A stretch of 64,000 bases of DNA from Lama guanicoe (Eukaryota), in the NCBI GenBank assembly GCA_013239625.1, contig MU054187.1:4847757-4911756 (forward strand). The letters run 5' to 3'. Positions 13,553 to 27,902 of the stretch are shown in pieces; the stretch's first letter is position 1; each line of letters opens with the position of its first letter. A model generated the notes under the pieces. The model was not told the DNA's origin, did no database searches, and saw nothing but the letters and a program-made list of their open reading frames with translations. A program made the position numbers and the translations under genes.

Positions 13553-14604
13553 TAAATACTAACAATTACACAGCACTTATGATCTGCTAGGCTCTTTCCT
13601 AAAATTGTATACTCTTAAATCACAACAACCCAAGGAAGGCAGAACTTTCATTACTCCTGCCGTCTGCTCAAGGTCACGGTTACTAACTAAGTAGGAAGCT
13701 GGGCTTTGAACTGAAAGACGGTCCCATTTCAGGGGACAAGCACTTAATTTACATCAAGCGATGCCCTACCTGTGGTGGGAAAAAGAAAGGTCTCTACCAC
13801 TGAGGAATTTGTAATTGGCCCCGGGACGACAAAGCAGCGGCATTGCTGAGATGAGCGGTGGATGATACAGAAAACGGAACATGCGCTCAGACCGTGAAGG
13901 CTGCGGCGTTGCAGAGGGTGAGCCCAGCCGCAGGGCAAGGCTTAGCGGGGAGCATGCTGGAAAGTGAGCGGGTCTGGGGAGACAAGAACGCAAGGAGAGG
14001 GTGCTGGCGGAAGGGCGGAGGCCCGCGTGTGTGGGGGGCGCTGCCTAGCGCCCTCTCCTAGCCGGCGCTTGGCACCAGGCGCTGGGTCCTGCCCGAGGTG
14101 CACGGGAAGTCAGGATGTGGTTTCTCTTTTTTGCCCTCGAGGACAAAAATATTTCAGACTGACATCTTTTATTCATGCAGTCCTATTTCTGAAAAGCTAA
14201 AAGTAACCTACAGGATCTTATCAGTCTTAGAGAAGAAAATCTTCTCTGCAAAATTTTCAAAAACTGGTAGGACCATTAAAATGTTTAACTACTTGAGTTT
14301 TTAAAAATGGAATTGCTGTCCACAATATGCTCAACATGTTCTTCTGTCTGTATGAAATCATTCAACAGTCAGGACCGAACTAATTACTGCCACCGGGGCT
14401 TGCTTATTAAAAACATATTCAAACTTGATCTCTCCTTTCCATTAAAAATAAGAGACACTTAACAGTTGTGTGAAAGGGGGATAAAGTCTGTGCTGTAATG
14501 ATGCCAAAGCCTTCAGTCAGTGGGATTCACTGAGGGGAAAACAGGCCAACGCTAGTGATGTCGCATTAAAACAAAGAGAAAGTAGCATTTATAAGGTACA
14601 ACCC

Positions 14605-14775
14605 ACATGCCAGGGTTTCTACTAATTTTTCATGCACTCTCTACTTTAATAGTCTGTGGGAAAGATATTTGTGTCCCTATTGCACAGATGAGAAAAGTGA
14701 GGTTTTGAAAGGTCGTTTTCCCAGATTAAACGTGTGGTAATGAGAGAACACAGTCTTGAACCCAGCCTCTGTTTT
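14605..14775 (-). mobile_element. MIR SINE
   Basis: Core cctattgcacagatgagaaaagtgagg...cttgaacccag. Confidence 0.7.
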
Positions 14776-15724
14776 ATTGACCCCATGCTCTTAAAAACCA
14801 CATTGGCTTCATCCCCAGGTGCAGTCTGGGGTGACTTCCGATGACACGGTGGCTGCCGTCCAGGTCAGCAGTGAGACCCTTGGGTTCCATCCCCCGGCCC
14901 CTCCTTCTGCTGTGCAGGTAGGCGCGTCCCAGGCAGGGAGCGAAGCCGGCGGTGTGGGGATGGAGCACCAGGCCACCGGCTGTAAGTGTCAGTGTTCTCC
15001 TTGTATCCTTGCTGTCATCCCAGGGCGTTCTGCCGCTTATTCAAGGGTGCAGAGAGGAAGGCCAGGACTTCTTCATTGGCCAGATCTCTGCCTTCTCCTC
15101 TGTTGGACTTTCCCACTGGGATCTAAGTCAAGCTCATTGCAAAGACGTGGCCAGCAAACAGGGCAAATGGGAAGCATCTCCAGTTCCTCTGATTCCCCTG
15201 GTAAGACAGACGGTGCCTGTGGGTATTAAGAATTGGAAGGGAAGGGAAGAGGCAGCCTGGCTGCTTCGCTGAGTCCTGAAGCCCACAGGTCTCTGCGAAT
15301 TCCAAGCTCCTGGAAATTTTGCTGTGTTTCATTTGGCCACGTGTATTTTGATACCTTGGAGAAAGAGGACACCTTGGACATGAGATATTGGCAAGATTGA
15401 TGGCAAAAGGAAAGAGTAAGTTGGGATATTCATTAAGCTTCAAAGTGAAAGGCTCACCAGGTTAATTTGAGATGCTTTAGCAGTTCTTTCTAAAGGGAAC
15501 TTCTACTTATGACAAGACATTGCAGGGGGAAAATTGTATATTTATTTATTTAAAAATATATGATTTATGTACACACCCTTCCACTTCTAGGGGATACTTT
15601 GTAACTTGGGTCCCTGGTGGCCAGTCCACCAGAATTTAGACCCTGACGTCCCCTTTCTAGTTACAACACAGAAATTTATCTAGATCAAACAAGTAATAAA
15701 TTTTACCTCCCAGTCACCTTTTCT

Positions 15725-15835
15725 AAATATCATTTTCTTCACCCATAAAGTGGAAACAATAATAGTACCTACTTCATATTTTTTTAAATTGAAAAGAGAC
15801 CACGTGTAAAAGTGCTTAGCACATAGCCTTATGGT
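15725..15835 (+). mobile_element. MIR SINE
   Basis: ttcttcacccataaagtggaaacaataatagtacctacttcat...tgtaaaagtgcttagcaca. Confidence 0.75.
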
Positions 15836-18014
15836 AAAACATTATGTAATAAGTGAAGTCATCATTAATTATATTATATTGTGACCATGAAAAAAATGGA
15901 TGTATGAGATCTTGATCCCTTTCGTAAATGAGACTCCGTCTCTAAATCCAGACTAACTGTACCCTGATGTCTCCCTTGCCTTTGCAGCCTAGGCTTGGGG
16001 ACTCTGTGGGTCCAGGCTGTGTCCACTGTGATTCTTCTGACAGCTAACATCCCTTGGCTGGGGCCCAATGCACAAAAGTTAGCGGAGTTTTATAGGACAA
16101 GTGTAAGGCATCCTCTTTGGTATCCATACACCAATGCTCTCAGGCTAGCTTTAAAATCTTATTTTGCTTTACTTTTTTTCTTTTTAAATAACGTTATTCA
16201 CTATGATAGAACAGATGGAAACAATTTGATTATCATAAAATCATCACTGCTAAATAGCTTATTTTTTTATGCACGTTATGATCACCTGTGGGAAACTGAG
16301 CTGACCTCAGATTTTGGCTTAAACATCTGCTTTTTCCCACTGTGTCAACTTAATCATGAAAAAATCCCGCAAAACCTCCTTTATCTCAGGGAAGTGGCCA
16401 ATGCTAATTGTAAAGGCTTACCTTCTTTTAACTGTGGTCTAGGAGAGGAGTTTTTGTTACTTATCATAGCTCTAATATCACAAAAAATGGAAAATGCATG
16501 TGTGAAAATATTGTTTGTGAATATGGGGCAGGTGTGGATGCATCTTTTATGGCCATGGAACTTTTGGCTTTGCATCTGGAGAATGACATCCAGCCCTGCC
16601 CCCTAGAAGACGTCCAGATTACTTTATTATTACAATGGTTTCAATAACTCCAGGTACTTTTCAGGCACCTGGATCTTCATAAACGGCTCAGACCTCACTG
16701 ACAGCATTTTATTCGTACGATTTTAGAAGTTAGAGATCATCTGAGCTAGTTGGGTTTCTAAAAGCATATGGGAAATAAATGCAATTAAAGCCTTAGAAAC
16801 CGAATTTGTTAGTGCTTTATTTCACTGTTGCTACCCTTTGAAGAGGTGAGTCAAGTCTTGAGAGCCCGTGTTGGCTGCTGTGAAGTCAAAGGCTTCCCTT
16901 TGGAACACATCACAGCCTTGCTTTCCTTTGGTCTGAAGTCACCTCTTGATTTCTGGTGGGATAAATGTAACTCTTCTGTAGAACTCAATGAGTAAATTGA
17001 TTAATCCACATCAATCTTTCATATTTTTGTAAGTAGCTCATAATTATATCTAACGTCTATGTTCTCCAAATATCTCTTAGAAATCTCCTATCTGCTTTCA
17101 ATCTTGCCCAGGCTCTCTCTATTGTTTGAAAGGAACTGCATGGAAAAAGATGACTTGGCTCTTAGTACAAAAGCCACTAGAGAGCTTCTGGAACATTCAT
17201 TTGTGCACTTTTGTCTTCTGATGCTGGCTCAGTAGGTGGACTTACGCCAAAGAGAGCCGTGCCTAATGGGACTGTCTGATTCTATTTATTTTTTGTTATC
17301 ATCTTGCAGGGCTGTTTTTGGCATGCAGTTATTTAAATCGCCAGCCTCCAAAAAAATGGATAATCCCAGGCAGAGTATTTCAGGTTTGCCCTGAACACCT
17401 GAACACTGACATTTTCTAGGTGCTAATTTGGGCTTTTGAGTTTGAGGGACAACGAGAAAGCTACGGAGAAGTGCCTCTCTTCTAGGCGGGAATTTAAGTG
17501 TCTTTAGGTTTTATTTAGTTTTATTCTTTGACATGAATTTAAATGCATTTGAGTTTTATTCCATTTTATTACTACCGTTAAAGCAATTTTTACCCCTCTG
17601 CCAAAAAAATGAGTCTTGCACATTTTAATTTGGGTCTTAATGTGTGTGTGTGTGTATGTGTGTTTTGTATAAGCCAAATAATAACAATTTTCTGTGTAGT
17701 TTTGGTTGAGAACCAGGAAATAGGCATTTGTTCCAGGATTCTAGACTCCATTTTCTGGAACTCCAAAACACTGTCTGGAAGCTTTTTGATCCAGTAACTT
17801 TATTGATAAAATACTTAACCACCACCCAATATGTGTTTACATACCTGTCATCTAGCAGTTTTGAGGTTGGCTCAGAGATGCTGAAGTGCCCCTCCCTGGG
17901 CCTGCACGGCGGTACGTGCTCTGGCCCCCGCGTCTGCTCCAGTCTCCTTGCCGAGTGAGCACATCCATGCGTCTGCCGCTGTAGTAAGAGAGCATTTGGA
18001 TTGTAGTCACAGAC

Positions 18015-18131
18015 AGAAGTTAAAAAGATGAAGCGCCCACGGTGAGACACCTCCTACAGCCATTAGGGTGGCTACCGTCAAACGAGCAGAAAATCGCACG
18101 TGTTGGTGAGGATGTGGAGAAATTGGAGCCC
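18015..18131 (+). mobile_element. L1 ORF2-end fragment
   Basis: cattagggtggctac...gtgttggtgaggatgtggagaaattggagccc. Confidence 0.7.
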
Positions 18132-20254
18132 GAACTGAAGAGTTACCTTTTAAATAGTTATTCCCTCTTGAGTAATCACAGCGGGATCTCTGACTTTTCT
18201 CCCTACCTCTGGGAAAGCCCGTGGAATCTCAGCATTTCTATGAGAAATTCCACACACCTGAGGACTCTTTCCAAACATTGTGCTTTCTGCTTGTGTATTC
18301 TGAGGCCATGAGAATCAAAGAAATGACAATATAATCTAATTCCTACCTCGTTTTGGCTTTAATTACCTGGATATTATAGGACCTTCCACATGCAGGACAT
18401 TCTTAGATATATGTAAAACCTTCAAAAACAGAAGTCTGTTGTTTGTGATCCTGGAAGGAAGAAGAGATGTAGCAATGTGAAATAATTTGAATTTCTGAAA
18501 TAATTCCAAGTTAATTATATTTCCATTTGGCTATTGAAGGAGCAAAATCTCAGCCTCCCAGGTGTTTCTACACTGTGATTGCGATGGCTGATATTCACAC
18601 AGGTAACGTGCTACCTGTGCTTCACTGGAATTATCTCCAAATTTCTTCAAAACAACCTGCAAAGAGGGACTTATGATAATACCGTTTTACAAGAAGGAAA
18701 CACCCAGCTTGGGGGATTTAAACATCTTGCCTAAAGTTATAGGGGAAGGAAATGAAAGACACAGGAGGGAACCGAAGCGGCTGGCTGGAGAACTGGAGCT
18801 CGAAACGCCCCTCCCTGCTCCACGTGGATGTAACCAGCCGGCTCATCAACTAACTGCTTGACTGATGGCTTGCGCTGTATGAACTGGTGATGCAAATGCG
18901 TGTTCCGAGTCTTGGAATGGTATTACTTTGGACCGACAGACGTTAGTTAAAAAAACCACGGGATACTTCAATCGTTAAGATTTTCTGTCCATTAAAAATA
19001 AACGTTGCAGCCTTATTTAAAGAAGAAACATCCAGAGCAATCAGAGCGAATGAGTGGTTTCTTGGATGACGCACATAAAGGAGTGTGCTGGGACACCGAG
19101 GATCCATCTGATAATCTAATTTTATTTACTAGGGAGATAATGGCTCTAATTTCCTGAGCTTGGAAATTTACTCAACTCATTGCCAGACATGCCATTGCGG
19201 AGCAGAGAGATGGTAGATAACGCACCATCTGTCCCTGCTCTGCTGGTGCAGACAGTACCAACAGATCACAGCACCCACAGAGCCCAGATGTGGTCAGGAA
19301 TCTGTTCCAGCCAGGTCCACAGGGAGCCACCACCAAGTGACTGCAGTAAAACTTGTAGTGAGAGCAAAACTTTTTTCAGTCCTCTAGCACTTGGGGGACT
19401 GGAAAAAGGGTGCAGCTCTCAGTCTGTGGGGCATTTATCATCAGTCATTTTTTTCAACACCCCTGAACAGTCTCACTTTCCTCTTAAATTTTCTAATCAG
19501 GGTTGTGGCATTAAGGAAGAGAGGTTTTGGGACAAGGGCTCTTCTGTCTCCTTCCCGTGAATCCTCCCTTATTAGGCAACTGGACAGTTAATTTTTAGTG
19601 CAATCTCACTTAGGTTGATAAGAGATTAATATATTGGTCTCCTGGCTAATGTATTTGTGCAATATTAAAGGATCTTCTTTTTCCCCATTCAGATTTTATA
19701 AACATTTTTGTACCAGACATGTTCGGCAATTTCAGAATCACTGGTCTTGCAAACACACAACTGCGATGTTGGATACTTCATAGAACTATACAGGCTAACA
19801 GGGACAGTTATTCTGAAACAAACTTTTCGGCAAACCTCACATGACAACTCACCCGAGGTCCCTTTGCTTACGAGCAGGAATGAAGTGTGGCTTACAACTG
19901 AACAGAAATAAATGTTCTCAGCAGGGAAGAGCCATTACCAATTCAATGAACCAGAGTTCTGTTCATAGCTCTGCGAAGGATCATAATGTGTGAATTTAAA
20001 TAAAACACCATGGCTTTGATTTTAAGTGTTATTAATTTGTGAAATACTACTCTCTTCCTAACTTTAAAAGTAAAATATATAAAATCTGATGTGTCTATGA
20101 AGGGTACCGACAGTAACTGACAGCACACAATGAGAAGCCCCAACAGACATGCCAACAGGACTCTAATGACATGGCAGGATCTGGGGTCCACACAGGTCAG
20201 TTATGTCCTGTCTGTTACAGGACTGATGGCTTTAGTCGGCAAATTACATTAAAA

Positions 20255-20377
20255 AAATTTGGGGGGGTTGGATTTTATTTTATTTATTTATGTACGTTAA
20301 TGGAGGTACTGGAGATTGAACCCAGGGCCTTGTGCATGCTAAGCACGCCCTCTACCACTGAGCTCTACCCTCCCTCT
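20255..20377 (-). mobile_element. tRNA-Ala-derived camelid SINE (Vic-1 type)
   Basis: Minus strand agctcagtggtagag...gcttagcatgca...gggttcaatc (A and B boxes), A-rich tail, TSD aaattacattaaaa / aaattacacttaaa. Confidence 0.85.
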
Positions 20378-20834
20378 AAATTACACTTAAACATACACTA
20401 ATATTTGCTTGAATATGACACGCCTTTTCTTTACGCCGTAAACCAAATGATGGAAATGTCCTTTGAGACTGACTGAAAGGGCTCGAGTTGCTTCTGTGGG
20501 ACTCTTGCCTCCATCAGTCCTTACTTATGTCTTTGGCATTTTTCACTGACTGTAAACTTGCACGTGGGGACAATGCTGACCCTCACGCCACAGTCTTCTC
20601 AGAGCCTCGTTCCATGCCTGTCCATTCTTGGTGTTCCAGAAATATTTGTTGGATAAATGGATAAATGACTTTCTGAAAAGTATAACAGTTGAACAAAGGC
20701 TCTTGTGTAAGGATTTTCTTTTTCTGTAATTAATGAGCTTAAGTTTCTGAACTAGTCAGTTTAAATTTTTTTTTTTTTTGTAATTAGTACATTCAATTTG
20801 ATCTCCAGGGGAGTTCTACTGCAGGTGAACTGAA

Positions 20835-21070
20835 CCAGCCATCTTGGGACTAGGATCCAAGTACTTCTGGGGATGGGAAAGATTTTCCAGGTGGTCCATA
20901 GACAAAAATCACTTTAAGGGAATCAGTATTCAGGTCTTTGATTTCCACATATACCTTTCCCAGAGTTAATTTTCCTGAGGACACACATGTCAATCACTTT
21001 CACGGTCGTTACCATGTTTCTTCCACTTTACACAAAAAAGGCATGTTCCTTACTCAGTGTGGATCTCGCC
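20835..21070. mobile_element. Probable ancient hAT-type DNA transposon fragment
   Basis: tttaagggaatcagtattcaggtctttgatttccacatatac...ccactttacacaaaaaaggcat resembles a recalled hAT consensus; family not certain. Confidence 0.35.
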
Positions 21071-21942
21071 TGGAGTGGAGAAACTCCACTGGCTGTAAAA
21101 CTCACAGTCCAAACGGGGCGTTTCTGAGAGCGAGAGCAGGCTGTGTGCACAGGTAACTTGGACAACGTACTTGTCGAGGTGTTTCGAAGATAACACTGTT
21201 ACAATTCCCCTTCCCCTTCTGAGCGTACAGGGCTAGAAAGGCGCCTCTTGTGACAGACTGACTGGTAAATTAATATTCACTTGCAGAATATTGGTAAAAT
21301 TTAAGGTATTCTTCCCAGATATTGATAAAGTAAAAGGATCTAATGAGCTAGTGATTTCCAAAACTTTGCTAGAAAAAAGGAGGATTGAATTATCAGAGGA
21401 CAGATTGAAAGAAATATGCAAGCCTGTTAATAGCAGCTTTCTTCATAATACCCCAAAGAGTAATTAACCCCAGTCTCCATCAGCGGTAGGATGGATCAAT
21501 ACACTGCGACACAGTCATAGAAAGGAATCCCGCATAGCAATGGAGAAGAGCAGCAGCATGGATGGTTGTTGGGCTGCAAGCCTTGAGGTTGCCCAGCCTC
21601 GAGACTGAAGAAAGAGCCCGGAGACAGCGGCAGGGACATCAACAGACTATGGGATGGGGGACCGTACACAAAGGGTCCTGGAGAGACACCCACGTTCACA
21701 GCAGATGGCAGGCAGGACGGGGCAGCCGTCTGCACTGCTCGGGTGAGAGGGAGGCTACCATTTATAGGCGGCATTAACATCAGGTGGGCTCAGTTACCAG
21801 GGGCTAATTCAACCCTAGAATTAAAAGGATTGGATGGCCATGTGAGTGAAGCAGGAATCTACAGACAGCAAGAGCACAGCCGTCTTGAGCAGCCTGACCA
21901 CGCAGTGACCGTCACAGACAGAGGGTACAGACTCTGAGTCCT

Positions 21943-22090
21943 CTTTTTTGGGTGGGGGGGAGAAGTTATTAGGTTTATTTATTTTTAAATTAAAAAAATT
22001 TTTTTTATTTTAATGGAGGTTCTGGGGATTGAACCCAGGACCTTGTGCACACTAAGCATGTGCTCTACCACTGAGCTGTGTTCTCCCTGC
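21943..22090 (-). mobile_element. tRNA-Ala-derived camelid SINE inserted into an old L1 3' remnant that continues to ~22320
   Basis: ggggattgaacccaggaccttgtgcacactaagcatgtgctctaccactgagct plus extended tail. Confidence 0.85.
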
Positions 22091-23857
22091 CTCTGTGATT
22101 CCATTTTTATGAAGTTCGTCAACAGACAAAAGTGATTTATGGTGTTAGAGATTAAAATAACGCTACCTTTGGGTAGATTATAGGCTGAGAGGGCATAAGA
22201 GAAATCTCAGGATAGATGGGAATGTTCTGTACTTGATCTGAATAGTGGTTACACGGGGCCATTTATATTTAAAAAATCATTGAACTGTACACCTGAGCTC
22301 TGTAAACCTTCTTGAAGTGATACATAGCAAGAAAGAAAAAGAAACTGATTTATTTAATCAATAAAGGTGGACATTTAAATAAATTTAAAATACCTGACAC
22401 GCAGAGTTGTCATAGGGGTTTAATGTGGCAACATTTGTAAATCTTCTGATACACTGTATGTGCCCTCTCAGTGACGATGACGACGATGATGATAAAATTA
22501 TAACTCTGACGGTTTCTCCAGCCTTCTCTACTGAATATGATACTGACTTTAGTAATAATCATTTTGGACATTCCAATGCCTTTATAAACATTGTTTTCTC
22601 CAATTAGGATTATACTACATTTAATTAATCTCCTTTTATCATTTGCTATAAATAGTACATGTCTTTACAATTCAACCCATATAGTTTTGCTTCATCTTTT
22701 AAAATAATTACATAGCATTTCTTTATGTATGTGTGCTATAATTTATTTAATCAGTCCCTGATAAATGAATATTCAAGTGTTCCCAATTTTTCCTATTATA
22801 CACACACTATCATCAAATGAATTACATACACACAGTTCTACTCTCTCTTATTTCTTCTTTAGGATAAATGATTAGCAGTAAAATTGCTTGGATGAAGGAA
22901 AGATGCTTGTGGTCTTACACATCTCATAGGCTGCCCTCCGGGCTGGTTGACATTACCGTCATTCCTACCAGTGGGGACCGTGCCTGTTTAGACATCTTTG
23001 CCCACATGAGACTTTGATCAAGACTTTGCATCTTCCTCAAGATTTACTTTTTCTCCTATTCCTCCAACCTGTCAATATATCCCTAGTAACATAAGCTTTC
23101 AGCAAATGTATGTGTTTTAATTTCCTCTGGACCATAGACTTCTTGAGGAAAACAACCGTCATGCATTTTGGTTGTGTTCACGAGTCACTGGCCCATTTCA
23201 ATGGAATCTAGAGCAAACACTTCTCTTTCTTCAGCCATTCTTTTCAGCTTTAAACAAAGTCACCTATTTGTTCAAGAGTGCTTGGGGAGGGAAATGGCTT
23301 CAAGTGATTAGAAATGAAAATTTGCATCTAAAATTTCCTTTCAACTGTAGCTCCTTCTCTTCCCTGTTGTTATTTCCAGAGCAGGGCAGATTTAGAGGAA
23401 CTGAGCACTGCCCCAACGGCTGACGAGGACAGAGATGCGATGAGGAGGGAGGGTCTGCCAGCATGTTGTCCCATCTCTTCTCACCAGCCAGATATAAAAA
23501 CCCTGTGCCCAGTCAGTGTGTCAGCAAAGATTTGGGGAAAGGTGTTTCCAAGAAGAAAATCATCTGGGGCAAAAGTGAGAGCAGGTGGCTGTTGATCACT
23601 ACTGGAAGGTTTGGAGCATCGTTGGAGAGACACATGGTACGGGTGCAAATTCTTACTCTTGTGCGGCCCTGCAAGTGACAGTGGTCCAAAAAGTGACATA
23701 GAAGATAATAAAAGAATTAGAGAAGATTTCATATGAAAAGTATGAAAGGTTAAAAAAAAAAAACTCCACTGCATTCTAAAGCAATCATACGCTGCTTTAA
23801 ATGAGTTCAGATTTCAATATCCCAAAGCATTACATCTTATCTAATAATAATGGTGCT

Positions 23858-24549
23858 TAACAAAGCTGGAGGTACCACACTCCCTGATTTTAAACTGCAC
23901 TACATAGCTATAGTCATCAAAAATGTATGATACTGGCACAAGGACAAATACATGGATCAAAGGAACAGAACAGAGAGCCCAGAAATAAACCCACATTTAC
24001 ACAGTCAATTAATTTACAACAAAGGAGCCAAGAATATACAGTGAGGAAAAGACAATCTCTTCAATAAAGGGTGTTGGAAACACTGAGGTAGATGCAAATG
24101 TATGAAACCAGATTGCTTTCTTACACCACATACAAAATAAACTCAAAATAGATTGAAGACTTAAATGTAAGACCTGAAACCATAAAACTTCTGGAAGAAA
24201 ACATAGTCATTATGCTCTTTGATATTGGTATCAGCCGTATATTTTTGGATCTGTCCCCGCAGACGGGGGCAACAAAAGCAAAAATAAACAAATGGGACTA
24301 CGTCAAACAAAACAGTCTTTGTACGGTAAAGAAAGTCATCCACAAAAGTGGGAGAAGATATTTGCAAATGGTATATCTGATAAGGGATTAATATCCAAAA
24401 TATATTAAGAACTCACATTACTCAATATGAAAAAAACCCCAATAATTTGATTTAAAAATGGGGAGAACCTCAATAGACATTTTTCCAAATGAGACAGACA
24501 GATGGCCTACAGACACATGAAAAGATGCTCAGCATCACTAACCATCAGG
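23858..24549 (+). mobile_element. Degenerate L1 ORF2 internal fragment
   Basis: aacaaagctggagg...gagagcccagaaataaaccc...ttaaatgtaagacctgaaaccataaaact; no intact ORF. Confidence 0.9.
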
Positions 24550-25215
24550 TATGGCACAATCCACCCCATTACTGCGTACTGACCCTAATGTGTTACCCGG
24601 CTATGTTTCCTGCTCAGCTTCCTGCGACGTGAAACTTTTTATATGGTGCTGGATAGTTTGTTGGCACACCTGCCTTCATTATCCCTTGAACTGGTCAACA
24701 ACTCTGTGAGTTGTTGGCCAACTAGATAACAGCATTCATTCTTCAGTCAGATCATTTTCATTTGAGGGAACAGTTACAGAGAGCCTACCACAAGCCAGGC
24801 ACGTGCTGGGGCCAGGAGATGCAAGGGTCAGACACGAGGAAGCTGAGATTTAGAATGCTTTTATGTGCATAACCCTACACTTGCCAAGTCACAGGCTACG
24901 GAAGTAATGGCAGATATGATTATGGAACTGCCAAGAATAATCTCGAGAAGTAGCGATGATCTGGAATAGTGCCAGAAGACAAGACATGGACTTTGAAAAG
25001 GAAAATAAGGTGGCTTCTCAAAACAGCAAACCAGTATATTTAATGTTTTATGTTGAGACCATGGAAGAGTCTAGAAAATCATTACTGAACAAAAGTTTCG
25101 TGAGTACTTAGAAAAAAGGGTTCACCCCTGGGTATCAGATTCAGTTCACTGAGAGAAAATCTTGCTGAACCCAATTTACCCCCCTTTGAGCTATGAAGAA
25201 TGTTACAAAGATGGT

Positions 25216-25625
25216 AGTCTTAGATGGCTCTGGCTGCCATAACAAAATATTATAGATAAGGTGGCTTAAGTAAGAGAAGTTTATCTTCTGACAGTTCTGG
25301 AGGCCAGAAGTATAAGGTCGAGATGCTAGCCAATTCAGTTCCTGGTGAGAGCTCTCCTCCTGGCTCACAGACGGCTGCCTCCTCACTGTGTCCTCACATG
25401 GCCCCTCCGTGGTGCAGGCACTCGGAGAAAAAGCTCTCCTTCTCTTCCTTTTCTGGTAAAGCCACCAGTCCTATGGGATTAGGATCCACCTCTATGACCT
25501 CATTTAATTTTAATTACCTCCTGAAAGCCCAGTCTCCAATTATAGTCACATTAGAGGTTAGGGCTTCAATATATGAACTTGTCAGGGTTGTGTGTGTGTT
25601 GGGGGTCACAATTCAGTCCATAGCA
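25216..25625 (-). mobile_element. MaLR solo LTR (MLT1A-like) with perfect 5-bp TSD ATGGT
   Basis: Minus strand begins TGCTATGGACTGAAT; plus strand has gctgccataacaaaata and cagttctggaggccagaag; atggt at 25211-25215 and 25626-25630. Confidence 0.9.
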
Positions 25626-27454
25626 ATGGTGAGATTGATTTTAAAAAGGATTTGACAAAAATATTTTTGTGATAACACTGTAGACCAAAGATATATCCTA
25701 GGAAATGGTAAATTTAGATGGATGCAGATTTTTTTTGAAGTCTTGAAGTTTTGAAATATAGGGATTAATGGATAATGGTCACACTTGAGAGACGTCGTTG
25801 GTGGCATGCCCGGGGTTCTGGACGTCCACATTTTTATCAAGAAATAGTTATAAACACAGAAAATACTCTCATTGGACGTGCAGCTCATATACAGGATGAC
25901 AAAATCAGGATTCAAAATGATCTCAAGGTACTAGATTTAAAAAATTCTACCCTGTATATACTGCTGACAGGGCCACCAGGCACCGTGTCAAGCCCCTCAC
26001 AGATGTCCCTTGTCTTATTCGTTAGAAAAACCTGCAGAGAGGACAGTCTTTCCTCCACATTAGGGACGGAGACCAGGGGCGCGGCAGGAAGTGGCGCCCG
26101 CAGGGCCGCGCAGACAGCAGGGTCCGGGCTGAGGCCAGAGCGCAGCTGTGGGGGCTTTGGAGCCCACACTCTTGGCCAGTGCACTTCCATCGCCCTTTTA
26201 TTCTTTCCAAATGTGTCCTAGTAAATACAAACAATACGTGTATATCCAAGGATAACATTTTTGTTTTCTTAAAAGGAGGCTGAATCCTGGGCCCGTGGAC
26301 ATGGCTGACTAAGCATGGCCTTCTCTCTCCTCCTTTTCTCATGCTTTATTTCACACTGTGTCTTAGCCAGGTGCTCTGAGAACGGACAATGGAGCTAGAA
26401 AACATGAACTCCGTCCATGTGTAACTTTCAGTCGGTCTCTGAGGAGAGGAACTCACACAGGTACCTTCCTGCTGAAGGATTCGGCTGTGGCCTTGGAGTG
26501 GTGCTGGAGCAGGACCAGAGCTGCCTAACGGATGCTGCGCCCCAGGAGGAAGTGAGCCAAGCCTCCAGTGATGGGGAGTGGGTGGCCCCGTGCGGACAGA
26601 CAGGGGATGCCACCCAAGTCTCCCTCGGGGAAGGACGGGGGTCCCAACCGTATCATCCAACCCGTGGCTTGGTGAACAAGTCTGTGCAGCAGCAATGAAA
26701 ATATCGAACCCCTATTAATCGTGGAGCATGAAATGAAATCAGTTCCTAACATTGACTTTTAGTTGGTGTTTCAGTTCTTCAAAGTCCCCAGACATCAGGG
26801 AATAATTGACAGAGTATGTTAGGACAGAGCCAATACAGATGACTTCTGCCTTTCTGTAATTTGCTTCAGTGTTAGAATAAATTTTAAAATGGAAGAAAAA
26901 AGTGCCAGGCATCTTTCTCCCATAAAACCTTTGATGTTTTGGCTGTAGGAAGATTTAGATGTCTATCTTAAAGGTTCTCAAGTTTGTTTATACACGCATA
27001 TATATATATATGGAGAACCTAGTATGTGCCAGACATTACACCCAATTTAAAAATAAAAGAGTGCCAGACTCTAGGCAAAGCACAGAGATCAACTCGGAAG
27101 ATTTTACAGAAAACCAGGAGGAACTGTTCCTTCCAACAGAAGTTGAAAGAAAACACAGGTTTTTACCAAACCACCAAAGAAACAATCCAGAAAGAGGAAG
27201 TAGCTTTAACAAACTGACGTATCTGAAAAATTAATTCAGAAATAAAATCAAATCTCCAACTTCAGTTGCGCTGTAATCATGTGGTTACTCCAGGGAGAGC
27301 TTAAAACTCCTCCGGGTGGTCCCTCACAAGGCGCTCAGCCCAAGTGGTGGGGCACAGACATCTGGGGGCCCCAGCGAGCCGGAAAGTAGGTTGGCTCCAC
27401 AGATTCTCTCTCTCCTTTGGTTTGAGGAGGCCTTAAGATTTGTGCCTTCAGGGC

Positions 27455-27902
27455 TTTATCAGGCAGAGTTCTCCCAGGAAATGGAACTTGTAGGATGTGG
27501 GTTGTATGTGTGTGTGTGGAGAGAGTGAGCGAGTGACTGAGACAGACTGATTTGTTTGACAGACGTGGCTCCTGTGGTGGCAGAGCCGGCAAGTCCAGAC
27601 TCTGCAGCGAGGCCAGCAAGCTGGAGACTCAGGGAAGGGTCGATGTTGCTGCTCGAGTCTGATGGCCATCTAGCAGCAGAATTCCTCCTTCCTCTGGGGC
27701 CACAGCCTTTTTCTCTTAAGGCCTTCAGCTGGTTAGGTGAGGCCCACTCACTTCCTGGAGGGGCACTGCTTTATTTGGTGTCTACTGATTGAAGTGTTAC
27801 TTACATCTAACAAATGTCTTCTCGGTGACATCCAGACTGGCATTTTACCAAACACTGGGCGTCGTGGCCGAGCCAAGTGGGCATGTGAACTCCCCCATCA
27901 CT
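27455..27902 (-). mobile_element. ERVL solo LTR (MLT2 family)
   Basis: ggcaagtcc...gctggagactcagggaag...cttaaggccttca...gtggccgagccaagt...ccatcac pattern. Confidence 0.8.

Noticed and set aside
15995..16606. 203-aa hydrophobic ORF
   Set aside because: TTG start, composition driven by T-rich DNA, no recognisable domain.
22473..22493. Poly-Asp-like run (DDDDDDD)
   Set aside because: GAY trinucleotide microsatellite with no exon context.
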